Shown: positions 8,060 through 17,515 of the stretch, piece after piece | How the letters are laid out: every line of letters begins with the position of its first letter | Numbering within the stretch: position 1 is the stretch's first letter | DNA from: an uncultured Lachnospiraceae bacterium | Lineage (GTDB): Bacteria > Bacillota > Clostridia > Lachnospirales > Lachnospiraceae | Assembly (NCBI GenBank): GCA_910583835.1 | Contig: CAJTYM010000022.1 | Location: forward strand, 26-64,025 | DNA length: 64,000 nt | Direction: 5' to 3' | Translations under genes and position numbers: made by a program | The notes under the pieces: generated by a model | The model's input: only the letters and a program-made list of their open reading frames with translations | Told to the model about the DNA's origin: nothing | Databases searched by the model: none

Positions 8060-10834
8060 TTATTTTTTCACTTTCACAGAAAGCGGCTTAGAATACGTTC
8101 CGTACACCGGCTTCTTGCCGTCCATCTTGTACGGACGGACTTTGACATAGCACTTTCCTTTTTTCACGCCCGATTTCACAACTTTACTGCCCGATGCCGC
8201 TTTGCTGATTTTTGCCGCTTTCTTATACCCTTTTGACTTGCTCTTCGAGGTATAAACCACATATCCCGAAGCGCCCTTTACCTTCTTCCAGGATACTTTT
8301 ACCTTCCCTTTCTTCAGGGCTTTTACAGACACTTTCGGTCTTGCAAGCACGGTTATCTTTGCATATTTTCTGCTCAGCGCGCTGTCGGATACTTTGCCGT
8401 TTCCCTTTGCCGCTATCTTATAATAATAGGTCTTTCCTGCCTTGACGCTCTTGTCCGTATAAGATGTCGTCTTCGTTGAGCCAACTTTCTGATAACCGGA
8501 AGCTTCCTTTGCAGAACGGTAAACGTCATACTCCTGCGCACCGCTGACCTTCGCGAACGTCACCTTGGCATGGCAAGCCGTTGCCAGCTGTGACACACTC
8601 ACTTTAGCCGTTTCCGGTAATTGGCTGGATGGTCCTTCTGGTTTCCCGGTATTGCCCGCGTTTCCAGAATTTTCTGAACCCCCGGTATTCCCCATATTAC
8701 CAGAATTTCCGGAGTCTCCTGGCTTTCCGGTATTCCCTGGTCCCTCAGAATCACCTGAATTGCCAGGCTCTTTGGGCTTCACTGCCTCCACCTGGGGCTG
8801 CTTGGGCAATTGATATCCGGTTCCCAGGAAGAAGCTTGTATGCGCCGGCTGGTTGTAACCCACGTTCTGGGTGGCAATCTGCACACGGTACTGGGTATCA
8901 TGCATCAAGGTGGCGATCCGGTACTCCGTGGGAAAATCCGTATGGTACAGCCTCAGGAAAGTGCCGTCCTGTGACGGCCAGATAACCTCCTCCCGCCAGT
9001 CTCCCAGCAAATCTGCCGCCAGCGAGCTGTTGCCCTTCGTGCCGTTGATGTATGCAACATCGCGCGCTGTAAAGACACGCCCCTTGCCATAGCCGTCAAT
9101 CATGGTCCGTTCCATGACCTCCTGCTCCAAATCGCCGTCCCAGTAGATGGTGAAATTCTGCATCCATTTGGTGATGGAACTCCAAGTGCCAATTGCTTCT
9201 CCCTTACTGTTCCACAAATCGTCCCCCAGAGAAGCGGAAAATTCTGCGCCCGGATTCTCCGCACTGAAATTGCCGGCAATCGCGCGCCCGGTATCGCTGT
9301 CCGCCGTATAGCGGAAAATAATCTCTCCATTCGATGCCTTGCGCAGCGCAGCGCCGTAGGGCTCATGTTCAAAACAGCTGAATATCTCAAGCCCAGGGCT
9401 TTCAGGGTCAAAATCACCGACATGGATGGCATCGCCGTGTCCCAATTCATTGGAATACAGACCGCTTCCGTCATGGTCTATCGTGCAGGCGCCAAAGACA
9501 ATCTCATCAAAACCATCTTCATCCACGTCTGCCACAGCCAGGTTATGGTTGCCCTGTCCGGCAAATTTCTCATTTCCCTCCTCTGCCGTATCAAAGAACC
9601 ATCGTTTCTGGAACTTTTTGTTGACAATATCATAAGCCGTCATCCCGAAGTTCACGTAATATCCGCGGCTTACGAGGACGCTGGGCGTCCTGCCGTTTAA
9701 ATAAGCCACCGCTGCCAGGTAACGCTCGCTGCGGTTGCCAAAATCATCCCCCCAGTAATCTTTATTGAGAACGCCCGGCGTGCCATGAATGCCGCGCCCC
9801 GGCTCATAATCAATTGTATCTAATGTTTTCCCGGTCTGTCCTTCAAACAAAGTCAGGTACTCCGGCCCCTCTAAAATGACTCCAGCCGGGCTACGCCAAT
9901 CTTTACCTGCCTGTCCGATAACATTTCCTTTGCCATCTATCGTTCCGTCTGCTGTCTTGCAGACCAGTTCCGCATAGCCGTCCCCATCAAAATCATACAC
10001 CAGAAATGGCGTATAATGTGCACCCGCACGGATATTGACGCCCAAATCAATGCGCCACAGCTTCGTGCCGTTCATCTTATAGGCATCAAGATAGACATTT
10101 CCGCGGTAGCCATCCGCCATATTATCGCCCGAGTTGGAGGGCATCCATTTGAGGATTATCTCATACTCACCGTCTCCGTCCAAATCCCCGCAAGCCGCAT
10201 CGTTGGGGGAATAATCGTATTCCTTGCCGTCCGGGGTCACTCCCGGGGCCGGCTTATCCAGAGGGATATCCAGATAATTGTTCTCCCATACCGATATGGG
10301 CTTGCTCTGTTCTGTATCCACACCGCCTTGCAGCGTATGCAACACATAGCTCGACTTCACCGTACCGGAAGCATCCAGGTAATTCGTGCTTTCCTTAATC
10401 GGGTCTGTCGTAATCTTCTGTCCATCCCTGTACAGTTCAAATGAAGTATCCGTGCTATCCGTACCTAAAAACCGCCAGGACAGGTACACGCCGCCCCCTG
10501 TCTTAAACGCTACGATACCCCTGTCTAAAGCTTCCACCTGCCTCCTGTCTGCCTGTGCCTTGCTTTCCTCCCCAGTATTTGCTGTCCGCGCTGCACTGCC
10601 CTCATTGGCAGCTGCTGTCTCTGCCTGTCTTTCCTCCTGTGCATACGCTGTCTGCAGCCCTTGCAGCGATGTCATGTTTCCCGCTGCAACTGCCGCACAT
10701 AAAATACCTGCCACAACACGCCGGCCAAATTGCCGTCTGGCTTGCTTCCATAAGGAGGACCCGAGCAATGCTCCCTCCCTGTTTCCTCTTTTCTTCATTC
10801 TAAATCGCACCCTTCCAAAATATTTTTCTTCCAT
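8060..10834 (-). CDS. Secreted rhamnogalacturonan lyase (PL11, YesW/YesX-like) with a Gly/Asn/Pro linker and C-terminal Fn3-like domains
   Basis: RQVEALDRG, DLDGDGEYE, NIRAGAHY, GQGNHNL, GHGDAIH and YNQPAH motifs of PL11. Confidence 0.9.
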   Translation of the reverse strand: MEEKYFGRVRFRMKKRGNREGALLGSSLWKQARRQFGRRVVAGILCAAVAAGNMTSLQGLQTAYAQEERQAETAAANEGSAARTANTGEESKAQADRRQVEALDRGIVAFKTGGGVYLSWRFLGTDSTDTSFELYRDGQKITTDPIKESTNYLDASGTVKSSYVLHTLQGGVDTEQSKPISVWENNYLDIPLDKPAPGVTPDGKEYDYSPNDAACGDLDGDGEYEIILKWMPSNSGDNMADGYRGNVYLDAYKMNGTKLWRIDLGVNIRAGAHYTPFLVYDFDGDGYAELVCKTADGTIDGKGNVIGQAGKDWRSPAGVILEGPEYLTLFEGQTGKTLDTIDYEPGRGIHGTPGVLNKDYWGDDFGNRSERYLAAVAYLNGRTPSVLVSRGYYVNFGMTAYDIVNKKFQKRWFFDTAEEGNEKFAGQGNHNLAVADVDEDGFDEIVFGACTIDHDGSGLYSNELGHGDAIHVGDFDPESPGLEIFSCFEHEPYGAALRKASNGEIIFRYTADSDTGRAIAGNFSAENPGAEFSASLGDDLWNSKGEAIGTWSSITKWMQNFTIYWDGDLEQEVMERTMIDGYGKGRVFTARDVAYINGTKGNSSLAADLLGDWREEVIWPSQDGTFLRLYHTDFPTEYRIATLMHDTQYRVQIATQNVGYNQPAHTSFFLGTGYQLPKQPQVEAVKPKEPGNSGDSEGPGNTGKPGDSGNSGNMGNTGGSENSGNAGNTGKPEGPSSQLPETAKVSVSQLATACHAKVTFAKVSGAQEYDVYRSAKEASGYQKVGSTKTTSYTDKSVKAGKTYYYKIAAKGNGKVSDSALSRKYAKITVLARPKVSVKALKKGKVKVSWKKVKGASGYVVYTSKSKSKGYKKAAKISKAASGSKVVKSGVKKGKCYVKVRPYKMDGKKPVYGTYSKPLSVKVKK

Positions 10835-10890
10835 TATAAACCAAATGTGGTTTTTATTCTACATTCTTTTTTAAGAAGTTCATCTAACAC

Positions 10891-10919
10891 TTGACTTTAA
10901 TATGCTAACTTGTTAGTAT
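10891..10919 (+). promoter_or_regulatory. Putative SigA promoter of the amino-acid ABC operon
   Basis: TTGACT-17 nt-TAGTAT. Confidence 0.5.
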
Positions 10920-11001
10920 ATTGGCGTAGCTTAAAATAAGGAGAAAGCGTAAGATTCATGCTTTTCCGAATATTATTAAACGAAAGGGAGATTTATCCAT
11001 T

Positions 11002-11805
11002 ATGAAAAAGATACTTGTACTTATGTTAACCGTAATCATGGCATTGTCACTGGCTGCCTGTGGCAAATCAGACAAAGACGCAGCTGCTAGCGCCAAGGAC
11101 AGCGACCTTGCCTATGTGAAAGACAAAGGCACTTTGGTCATCGGCATCACCGATTTTGAGCCGATGGATTACAAAGATGACGGCGGTGAGTGGATTGGAT
11201 TTGACGCAGACATGGCAAAAGCATTTGCCGAAAGCCTTGGCGTAACTGCCGAATTCGTAGAGATTGACTGGGATAACAAGATTATGGAATTAGATGGCAA
11301 GACCATCGACTGTGTGTGGAACGGCATGACGCTCACCGATGAGGTGACAAGTTCTATGGAATGTTCCAAAGCATATTGCAACAATGCGCAGATTGTCATC
11401 GTACCCAAGGACAAGGCAGACCAGTACCAGGATACTGACAGCCTGTCGGACCTGACGTTCGCCGTAGAGGCAGGAAGCGCTGGCGAAGAGCAGGTATCCG
11501 CACTTGACCTTAATTACACAGCCGTAAAGGCACAGGCGGACGCCCTGATGGAAGTCGCAGCCGGAACCTCCGATGCTGCCGTTATCGATTCCCTGATGGC
11601 TGCCGCTATGGTAGGCGAGGGAACCAGCTACGCAGACCTCACTTACACAATCGGGCTGAACAACGAAGAGTACGGCGTTGGCTTCCGCAAAGGTTCTGAC
11701 TTAGCCAATGCGCTGAACGACTTCTTCGCCTCCAGCTATAAGGACGGAAGCATGACCGAATGTGCGGAAAAATACGGCGTACAGGCTGCCATTATTGAGC
11801 AGTAA
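11002..11805 (+). CDS. Polar amino-acid ABC transporter substrate-binding lipoprotein
   Basis: Lipobox LAAC; SBP family 3 motifs GFDAD and DCVWNGMT. Confidence 0.92.
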   Translation: MKKILVLMLTVIMALSLAACGKSDKDAAASAKDSDLAYVKDKGTLVIGITDFEPMDYKDDGGEWIGFDADMAKAFAESLGVTAEFVEIDWDNKIMELDGKTIDCVWNGMTLTDEVTSSMECSKAYCNNAQIVIVPKDKADQYQDTDSLSDLTFAVEAGSAGEEQVSALDLNYTAVKAQADALMEVAAGTSDAAVIDSLMAAAMVGEGTSYADLTYTIGLNNEEYGVGFRKGSDLANALNDFFASSYKDGSMTECAEKYGVQAAIIEQ

Positions 11806-11882
11806 GGCTAATGCAACATCAAGATGGCAGCCATTACCATTGCACTGGCTGAACATCATAGCAAAAGAAGGCAGGAACACTT

Positions 11883-12569
11883 ATGGAACAGATTCTTGAA
11901 CAACTTCCAATCGTCCTCAAAGCCTTGAACATTGGCTTTCTGCAGACGTTAAAACTTTTCTTTGTCACGCTCATCGGCGCGTTTCCGCTGGGACTGATTA
12001 TCGCCTTCGGCTCCATGTCCCGCTTTAAGCCGCTGAGTTACTTTACGAAATTCGTTGTCTGGATTATCAGGGGAACGCCCCTGATGATTCAGCTTTTGAT
12101 TATTTATTATTTTCCCGGGCTGGTATTACATAACCCCATCTGGGGCGGCGGCGAGACCGGGCGTTTTCTTGCCGCCTCCGTCTCGTTCATATTGAATTAC
12201 GCCTGTTATTTCTCTGAAATTTACCGCGGCGGCATCCAGGGCGTGCCCATTGGGCAGGAGGAAGCCGGGCTGGTGCTGGGCATGACGAAAGGGCAGATTT
12301 TCCTGCGCATCACGCTGCTGCAGATGATTAAGCGCATCGTCCCGCCCATGTCCAACGAGATTATTACGCTCGTCAAAGACACTTCCCTGGCGCGCATCAT
12401 TGCCCTGCAGGAAATCATCTGGGCAGGACAGGCGTTCATGAAAGGCTCGCAGGGTATCTCCGGCGCAATTTGGCCGATGTTTTTCACGGCAATTTATTAT
12501 CTGCTGTGGAATGGCATCCTCACAGTCCTCCTTGGACGATTAGAGAAGAAACTGGACTATTTTAAGTAA
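11883..12569 (+). CDS. Amino-acid ABC transporter permease (His/Gln/Arg family)
   Basis: RGTPLMIQL, EIYRGGI..V..GQ.EA and LVKDTSL motifs. Confidence 0.93.
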   Translation: MEQILEQLPIVLKALNIGFLQTLKLFFVTLIGAFPLGLIIAFGSMSRFKPLSYFTKFVVWIIRGTPLMIQLLIIYYFPGLVLHNPIWGGGETGRFLAASVSFILNYACYFSEIYRGGIQGVPIGQEEAGLVLGMTKGQIFLRITLLQMIKRIVPPMSNEIITLVKDTSLARIIALQEIIWAGQAFMKGSQGISGAIWPMFFTAIYYLLWNGILTVLLGRLEKKLDYFK

Positions 12570-12584
12570 GGGAGGGAAACTGAC

Positions 12585-13370
12585 ATGCCTATATTAGAAG
12601 TAGAACATATCCGCAAATATTTTGACCGCACGGAGGTTTTGAAGGACATCAGCTTTTCCCTGGAAAAAGGACAGGTTGTCTCCATCATCGGTTCTTCCGG
12701 CAGCGGCAAGACCACCTTGCTGCGGTGTCTGAATTTCCTGGAGCGTCCCGACAAAGGCAAAATCCGCGTTAACGGCGAGACCTTATTTGACGCCGAGGAC
12801 CCCAAAACCCAGCAGGAATCGGAAATCCGCAAAAAACGGCTGCATTTCGGTCTGGTCTTCCAGTCCTTCAACCTCTTTCCGCAGTATACGGCGCTGCAGA
12901 ATGTGATGCTGGCGAAAGAACTGCTGGCGAAAGAGCAGCCCGACTATAAGGCCAAACGGCGGCAAATCCATGAGGAAATTGAAACTCAGGCAAAAGCATT
13001 GTTAGAGCAGATGGGCCTGAGCGAGCGCATGGCAAATTATCCGCACCAGCTGTCCGGCGGGCAATGCCAGCGTGTGGCAATTGCGCGGGCATTGGCGCTG
13101 CAGCCGGACATCCTCTGTTTCGATGAGCCGACTTCCGCCCTTGACCCGGAACTGACCGGCGAAGTCCTCAAGGTCATGAAAGAACTTGCCGAGCAGAACA
13201 CCACCATGGTCATCGTTACCCACGAGATGGCGTTTGCCCGCGATGTGGCAAACCATGTCATCTTCATGGATGACGGACATATCCTCGAACAGGGAGACCC
13301 CATTGAGGTGTTTGAGCATCCCCGGGAAGAACGTACCAGACAGTTCCTGGCGAGGTTTACACAGGGATAA
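12585..13370 (+). CDS. Amino-acid ABC transporter ATP-binding protein
   Basis: [13 protein letters not shown] and [11 protein letters not shown]. Confidence 0.95.
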   Translation: MPILEVEHIRKYFDRTEVLKDISFSLEKGQVVSIIGSSGSGKTTLLRCLNFLERPDKGKIRVNGETLFDAEDPKTQQESEIRKKRLHFGLVFQSFNLFPQYTALQNVMLAKELLAKEQPDYKAKRRQIHEEIETQAKALLEQMGLSERMANYPHQLSGGQCQRVAIARALALQPDILCFDEPTSALDPELTGEVLKVMKELAEQNTTMVIVTHEMAFARDVANHVIFMDDGHILEQGDPIEVFEHPREERTRQFLARFTQG

Positions 13371-13468
13371 GCTATCCTGCGTGAATATAGCAAAGATTTA
13401 ATTTTCATTGTACAATGAGGTCCGCTGCCGTTTGCCGGCAAGCAGACCTCCCTTTTTAAATCTTCATT

Positions 13469-15208
13469 CTATTTTTTCATCTTTTCCTCTAGCCAGGTGG
13501 CAAAATCACCGTTAGATTTCCAATCCTGATACGTGAATTCCATGTTTTCATACGCTATCTCAGTATATGGATGCTCTTTCCCAAGAACAGTCTGAAAAAT
13601 CTTGTATGCTTTTAGATAATAGTTCAGTGCAAGTTCATACTTTTCCTGACTTTCATACACTCCTGCCAGGTTGTTATAAGCCAGAGCTGTACTGGGATGA
13701 CCATCTCCCAATACCTTTTTGTTTATCCTTAAACTCTTTTGATATGGGTTTTCTGCTTCCTCATACCTTCCCTGTTCTTCATATAAACCTGCTAAATTAA
13801 AATAGCCTGCAGCAGTATCGGGATGCTCCGTTCCTAACGTCTTTTGCTTTATCTGAAGACTTTTCTCATATAATGCTTCTGCTTCCTGAAATCTTCTCTG
13901 CTTTTTATACAACTCTGCCAGATTATTATAATTTGCGGCTGTATCGGGATGCCCTTCTCCCAACATCTTTTCATTTATCTGCAGACTCTTTAAATAGTAT
14001 TTTTCTGCTTCCGTATATCTTTCCTGTCTATAATATAACCCAGCCAGATTATTATAACTTGCAGCTGTATCGGGATGACATTTTCCCCATGTCTTTTCAC
14101 AGAAGCGTAGATCCTTTTTTAACATTTTTTCTGCTTCCTGATATTCCCCTCGACTCTCATACACCTGCCCTAAATTATGATAAACACCGGCAATGTATGC
14201 ATGTTCATCGCCCAAAACTCTTTCCAGTATTCGCAAACTCTTTTTTAATAATTGTTCCGCTTCTCTGCTTCTCCCTTGCTTATCATACAACTTCGCCAGA
14301 TTATTATAAATTATAGCTGTATCTGGATGATTGATTCCCAATATCTTTTTACTTATCTGCAAACACTTTACAAATATTACTTCCGCTTCCCTATATTTCC
14401 CCTGGTTTTCATACACCGCTGCCAATCCATTATAGCTCGTAAGCGTATCTGGATGCTCTTCTCCCAACACCCTTTCTTTTATCCACAAACCTTTTTTATA
14501 CAGTTCTTCCGCTTGCTGATATTTTCCCTGGCTTTCATACACCCTTGCCAATTCATAGTCAATCTGTGCCAGCTCCAGATGTTCCTCTCCCAGCAGTTTC
14601 TGTTTGATTTGACGCGCCTGCAGCAAGAGCCTCCTACTCTCCTCATACTGCGCTCTCTCACACTCATCCTTCGCCTGTTCTATCAGCGCATAGGCTTCTG
14701 CCATCTTCTGTCTTGCGTCCTCTGCGCCCCACCCACATTCTTCTATGAAGTTATCCTTTACCATGGGCAATTGCTGCTCTGTCTCCTGCTGATAGCCGTG
14801 AAATGTAATCCGCAGCTTGAGAAAGGAGTAGAAATCATACGCCCCCCGCGCCAACTGGTTATCCGCATAGGGCGTAACCAAAAAGATAAGGTTCCTGCCC
14901 AAGGCTTCCAGCATATCCCGGCTGAAATTCAGACGTTTGATGCTCTCCCCATCCTGCAGCGCGAGATGGAAATTTACCACCAGGAACACCCTCGTCTCTG
15001 GAAATTGTTCAACCCACTCCTGCAGCTGCCGAACTGCATAAGCGCCGGGATGACGTCTGTAATCATAGATTTCCACTGCCCCCTGCCTGTAAATCTCCAT
15101 AATTTCCTGCTGTATCTCTTCTTCCGCTATCACTAAGAACAGACCTTGCTCGGATTTATTGATAATCCAGCCCAAGGTCCGGTAACTTTCCTGATTACTG
15201 TCCGTCAT
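13469..15208 (-). CDS. TPR protein: N-terminal domain resembling an inactive NTPase, plus eight full 42-aa kinesin-light-chain-type TPRs
   Basis: Repeated HPDTAxxYNNLAxLYxxQGxYxEAExLYxKSLxIxxxxLG units. Confidence 0.85.
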   Translation of the reverse strand: MTDSNQESYRTLGWIINKSEQGLFLVIAEEEIQQEIMEIYRQGAVEIYDYRRHPGAYAVRQLQEWVEQFPETRVFLVVNFHLALQDGESIKRLNFSRDMLEALGRNLIFLVTPYADNQLARGAYDFYSFLKLRITFHGYQQETEQQLPMVKDNFIEECGWGAEDARQKMAEAYALIEQAKDECERAQYEESRRLLLQARQIKQKLLGEEHLELAQIDYELARVYESQGKYQQAEELYKKGLWIKERVLGEEHPDTLTSYNGLAAVYENQGKYREAEVIFVKCLQISKKILGINHPDTAIIYNNLAKLYDKQGRSREAEQLLKKSLRILERVLGDEHAYIAGVYHNLGQVYESRGEYQEAEKMLKKDLRFCEKTWGKCHPDTAASYNNLAGLYYRQERYTEAEKYYLKSLQINEKMLGEGHPDTAANYNNLAELYKKQRRFQEAEALYEKSLQIKQKTLGTEHPDTAAGYFNLAGLYEEQGRYEEAENPYQKSLRINKKVLGDGHPSTALAYNNLAGVYESQEKYELALNYYLKAYKIFQTVLGKEHPYTEIAYENMEFTYQDWKSNGDFATWLEEKMKK

Positions 15209-16508
15209 CTCCCATCAGCCCCTGTCCTTTCAAAAATTCCACCACCAGCGGATGGACATTATGCCACCGCTTGCCATTGTATTCCAGCACGACCGTTGCC
15301 TGCAGCATGTTCAGCAGTTGTTCTTTATCCTCTATCTGCTCCCTATTCCCCTGAATGATATTCAATAAGAACGGATAATCCTTCTGCTCAATGCGCCTGG
15401 TGAGGGAGGTCTTCTCCTCCTCCAAGGCATAATCCGCATCCTCCATATCAATGCTCGCACTGTCCCTGCGCTCTGCCCTCTTGGCAGCGGCATTGATGAC
15501 GCGGAACAAATCCCGCAGCGAACCTCCGGTGTACTGAATCAGCTTATCCAGGACGCCTGCTTCAAACAACGCCAAATCCGCACGTTTCTCCACAATTTCA
15601 CGGATGACGTCAATTCCCTCATCAAACCGCTGCCCATCTATTTTCTCAATCTTAATCATCGGCAGCGTCTTGGTGATAAAGTAACTCTCCATCGCCGAAA
15701 ATTTCGTATCATAGGAAAGCGCAATCGGAAACGTATAAATGACCGGAAACATCATGCCGGAAAGGACTGCCGCATAATTATAAAATACTTTCCAGGCGTC
15801 CTCCGGGTTCAGCCTGTCTAAATCTTCAAAAATGACAATCGGGCGCTTCCCGCCTGTTTTGTCCGTGATTTTGTCCGCCACAGTTCCCAATATCCGAATC
15901 CACTCGCTGGAACGGATTCTGATTTTTCTGCGGTATTCCTGCCGGGTCTCCTCGTTATATTTCAAGTCCGTCTTTATTTTGACAAAGATACTTAAAACGC
16001 TTGCCAAAGACCATTTCACGCCCGCGGAAGCCTCCCCTTCCAGGGAACTCTCCTCCACTTCCTGAGACGTCACGGTCTCCGTCCCTTCCGTCCAGAAATC
16101 CTCAATCTCCTCAAGCACCCGCTTTTCCATCACACAGCCCATCTCGTCGGCAATCTGCAGCAAGGCCTCGCCCATCAGGATGAACAAGTCAGAATGAACA
16201 ATGTTCTGCAGATCCAAATCCCTGCTGCAGTGGATAATCTTCACCGGATAGCCCTTCCCCTGCAGCCGCTCTGCCATCCGGTTCAGTTCTGTGCTCTTAC
16301 CGCAGCCCCTGTGCCCTAACAGCAGACAGGCATTGCTTCCTTCCGGCAGCCGGCAGATGTCAAAGATATCCTCTATCGGAGAAATGTATGGATCGCTGGT
16401 ACGGTACTGCATGGTATCCCCACAGTAGAACTCTTCCATCTGGCTCTCTTTCAGGGGCGCCGGCGAAAAAACGTTAAATATTTCCGAAACTTGATTTACC
16501 TTTCTCAT
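15195..16508 (-). CDS. P-loop ATPase, STAND-like
   Basis: Walker A GHRGCGKST, Walker B IVIFEDLD, GGSLRD helical-domain motif and C-terminal VHPLV. Confidence 0.8.
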   Translation of the reverse strand: MRKVNQVSEIFNVFSPAPLKESQMEEFYCGDTMQYRTSDPYISPIEDIFDICRLPEGSNACLLLGHRGCGKSTELNRMAERLQGKGYPVKIIHCSRDLDLQNIVHSDLFILMGEALLQIADEMGCVMEKRVLEEIEDFWTEGTETVTSQEVEESSLEGEASAGVKWSLASVLSIFVKIKTDLKYNEETRQEYRRKIRIRSSEWIRILGTVADKITDKTGGKRPIVIFEDLDRLNPEDAWKVFYNYAAVLSGMMFPVIYTFPIALSYDTKFSAMESYFITKTLPMIKIEKIDGQRFDEGIDVIREIVEKRADLALFEAGVLDKLIQYTGGSLRDLFRVINAAAKRAERRDSASIDMEDADYALEEEKTSLTRRIEQKDYPFLLNIIQGNREQIEDKEQLLNMLQATVVLEYNGKRWHNVHPLVVEFLKGQGLMGDDGQ

Positions 16509-16546
16509 CGAATAACTCCTTCTTGCCTGATATTCACAGATACTGC

Positions 16547-17515
16547 CTACTCACAGGGATAGACCATCCCCCACTGCTCACGGATGGTATCTAACAGTTC
16601 CATCACCAGCAGGATTTGGCTGTGGGGCATCTCCTCGCACTCCGTCCTGCCCTCCTCAATCGCCTTGATGCAGGACAATACTTCATATTCATAGCCATTA
16701 ATTTGTTCCGGAACCTGATAACGGGCGGTCAGCTTCCGCTCCAGGTCATATACACGGATTTCTTCACAATTATTGATGTTCTGCACTTCCAGATAACCTT
16801 TGTCGCCGCTGATTACGCCCTGGCGGTCAGTCTGCGCCAGCATATCGCTGTGCAGCACAGCCATCTTGCCATCCGCAAACGTCAGCGTGATGCTGTTCAT
16901 CCAGTCCACGCCCCGCGGCGACAGGATGGCGGAGGCATTGACCTCCTTCACCGGTCCATGGAACGCCATCAGCGCAAAATTAATCGGATAGACGCCCAAA
17001 TCCAGCAATGCCCCGCCGGCCAGTTCCGGGCTCTGCATACGCTCCACATGCGCAAGGATATAGCCGAGGTTCGCCGTCAGGGAGGTCACATTTCCCAGAA
17101 CTCCCTCTGCCAGAAGTTCATCAATCATCTTGCGGCTCGGCATATAGCGCGTCCAGATTGCCTCCGCCAGCAGAAGCCCTTTTTCCTCCGATAACTGAAT
17201 CAGTTCCTTTGCCTGCCTGGCATTGACAGTAAATGCCTTTTCCACCAATACGTGTTTGCCGTGCTGCAGACAGAGTTTGGCATGTTCATAGTGGTGGGAA
17301 TGCGGCGACGCCACATAGACAAGCTCCACCTGCGGGTCCTTAGCCAGTTCCTCGTAAGAGCCGTAGGCTTTCTCAAATCCCCACTGCTTTGCAAAATCCG
17401 CCGCACGTCCATAATCCCTGGACGCCACGGCGTAACGTTCTATCTTCTCAATCTCGGATACTGCCCTTGCCATGCTGTGGGCGATATGTCCCGGCGCTAA
17501 AATTGCAAATTTCAT
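16547..17515 (-). CDS. Gfo/Idh/MocA-family oxidoreductase
   Basis: APGHIA Rossmann start, KHVLVEKAF and GGALLDLGVY. Confidence 0.92.
   Translation of the reverse strand: MKFAILAPGHIAHSMARAVSEIEKIERYAVASRDYGRAADFAKQWGFEKAYGSYEELAKDPQVELVYVASPHSHHYEHAKLCLQHGKHVLVEKAFTVNARQAKELIQLSEEKGLLLAEAIWTRYMPSRKMIDELLAEGVLGNVTSLTANLGYILAHVERMQSPELAGGALLDLGVYPINFALMAFHGPVKEVNASAILSPRGVDWMNSITLTFADGKMAVLHSDMLAQTDRQGVISGDKGYLEVQNINNCEEIRVYDLERKLTARYQVPEQINGYEYEVLSCIKAIEEGRTECEEMPHSQILLVMELLDTIREQWGMVYPCE

Noticed and set aside
8630..8775. Short DNA repeats in the lyase gene
   Set aside because: Explained by the Gly/Asn/Pro/Ser linker between the catalytic and Fn3-like domains
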